Shown here: piece by piece, positions 62,982 to 64,000 of the stretch
Numbering within the stretch: the first letter of the stretch is position 1
Layout of the letters: each line of letters opens with the position of its first letter
Virus record (IMG/VR): IMGVR_UViG_3300037840_000505
Origin: an uncultured virus (IMG/VR IMGVR_UViG_3300037840_000505)
Lineage: Duplodnaviria; Heunggongvirae; Uroviricota; Caudoviricetes
Direction: 5' to 3' (one strand)
Length of the DNA: 64,000 nt
Made by a program: the position numbers and the translations under genes
Notes under the pieces: generated by a model
What the model was told of the DNA's origin: nothing
Database searches by the model: none
What the model saw: the letters and a program-made list of their open reading frames with translations, nothing else

Positions 62982-64000
62982 CTACCGTGGCGCGAGCGCT
63001 CGATCAACCGCCTGCATCTGCTCGCGGCCGGCATGGGCGATCTGAATTTCGCTGTAGTAGATCGTGTCGATGAGCTGGCGCTTTTCGTCGGGGGCGATCC
63101 CCGGATCCTTCCAGATATCGCGGATCAGGTGCGAGTGCTCGGCCAAGGCCGAATGGATACCGTCCAACTGGACAAAGAGCCGCGGGCCGCCCGCGGCCTG
63201 GATGCGGTCGAGCGCTTCGAGGTCGCCTTCCTGGGCTTTGGCCTTCCAGGTATCGAAGAAGCGCTTGTTGCGTTCATAATCGTCATAGAAGCGCTGGATC
63301 GATTCGGCGCTTCCCGAGGGATAGCGCACGGCAAAGGCCTTGATGACCGGGATATCCGCGAGGGTGTCGGCAGGCCTGGGAGGATCCGGAACGAGGCCCG
63401 CCTTGCGCAGACCCGCATCGGCGATATTGAGCGCGTAGACCCCGAGATTGCCGGTCCACGCCCGCAGGTAGTTCTCGAGGAGAATGGGCGTCGTCAAGGC
63501 GCGCGCGACGCCGCCGGCCATCGGCGAATCCATGTCGAGGCTTTCCTGCCGCACCCGGGGAAAAGCCGCGATCAGTTGGCCCAGCTTCTTCGCCGTCTCG
63601 CTGGTATAGGGCGCGTACTGGTATTCCGGCAATTGGCCTTCGAGCTCGGCCGGGACCAGGGTCCTGTTGGTGAAGGCCGAGCGGTTGGCGAACTGGTCGA
63701 TCACCGGCGAGATGGCGGAGGGGTAGAAATTGGGGACCACAGTATCGGCGATCGACTTGCCGAATTCCCGGAAGGCGTCGGGGTTCGAATTATTGTAGGC
63801 TTCCAAGGCTCGCTCGGTCCCGGACCCGAAGATGACGCCCATGCCCCAGGGTTTCGGCACGCGGAAAATATGGCCGCCGTCTCCGCCGTCCTCCTTCGCC
63901 TTCCCAGTCATGATGATCCAGAAGAGGTCTTTCTCCCATTGCGGGATTTCCTTGTACCGCGGATCGTCATGGTTGGCGGCCCAGAGCAGCGCCGAGGGCA
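62982..64000 (-). CDS. LPD38-domain C-terminal part of a large polyvalent protein (enters from right edge)
   Basis: Frame is open to the edge: DDPRYKEIPQWEKDLFWII...RVPKPWGMG...NRSAFTNRTLVP...QYAPYTSETAK. Confidence 0.88.
   Translation of the reverse strand, partial: PSALLWAANHDDPRYKEIPQWEKDLFWIIMTGKAKEDGGDGGHIFRVPKPWGMGVIFGSGTERALEAYNNSNPDAFREFGKSIADTVVPNFYPSAISPVIDQFANRSAFTNRTLVPAELEGQLPEYQYAPYTSETAKKLGQLIAAFPRVRQESLDMDSPMAGGVARALTTPILLENYLRAWTGNLGVYALNIADAGLRKAGLVPDPPRPADTLADIPVIKAFAVRYPSGSAESIQRFYDDYERNKRFFDTWKAKAQEGDLEALDRIQAAGGPRLFVQLDGIHSALAEHSHLIRDIWKDPGIAPDEKRQLIDTIYYSEIQIAHAGREQMQAVDRALAPR

Overview
The window is most of the genome of a high-GC tailed phage with podovirus-type architecture (BPP-1/Bbp-like portal, scaffold, capsid and cement; T7 gp11/gp12-like tail tube proteins; ejection proteins; a large polyvalent LPD38 protein). 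GapR, GcrA-like and DUF6551 genes point to an alphaproteobacterial host. The same giant gene runs off both window edges, suggesting a circularly permuted, nearly complete genome. I see no integrase, CI repressor, DNA polymerase, helicase, reverse transcriptase or CRISPR array. Most unusual signals: (1) five consecutive tail-fibre/spike genes and two more virion-module genes carry cleavable Sec-type signal peptides and many cysteines; (2) an ejection protein fuses a lytic transglycosylase to an SGNH esterase; (3) the large terminase is split in two, and a dead ATPase of another lineage is fused to its N-terminus; (4) an early island has four hairpins with an invariant CUGCAA loop on different stems; (5) several accessory genes are flanked by direct repeats that duplicate the stop/start junction; (6) an A-x-x-R-Y motif is shared by scaffold, portal and three small head-module proteins; (7) there are three tandem neck-ring paralogs, a host-type parS site, and an HNH gene beside a recoded capsid-gene 3' end. 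All family calls come from motif recognition by eye, without database searches.
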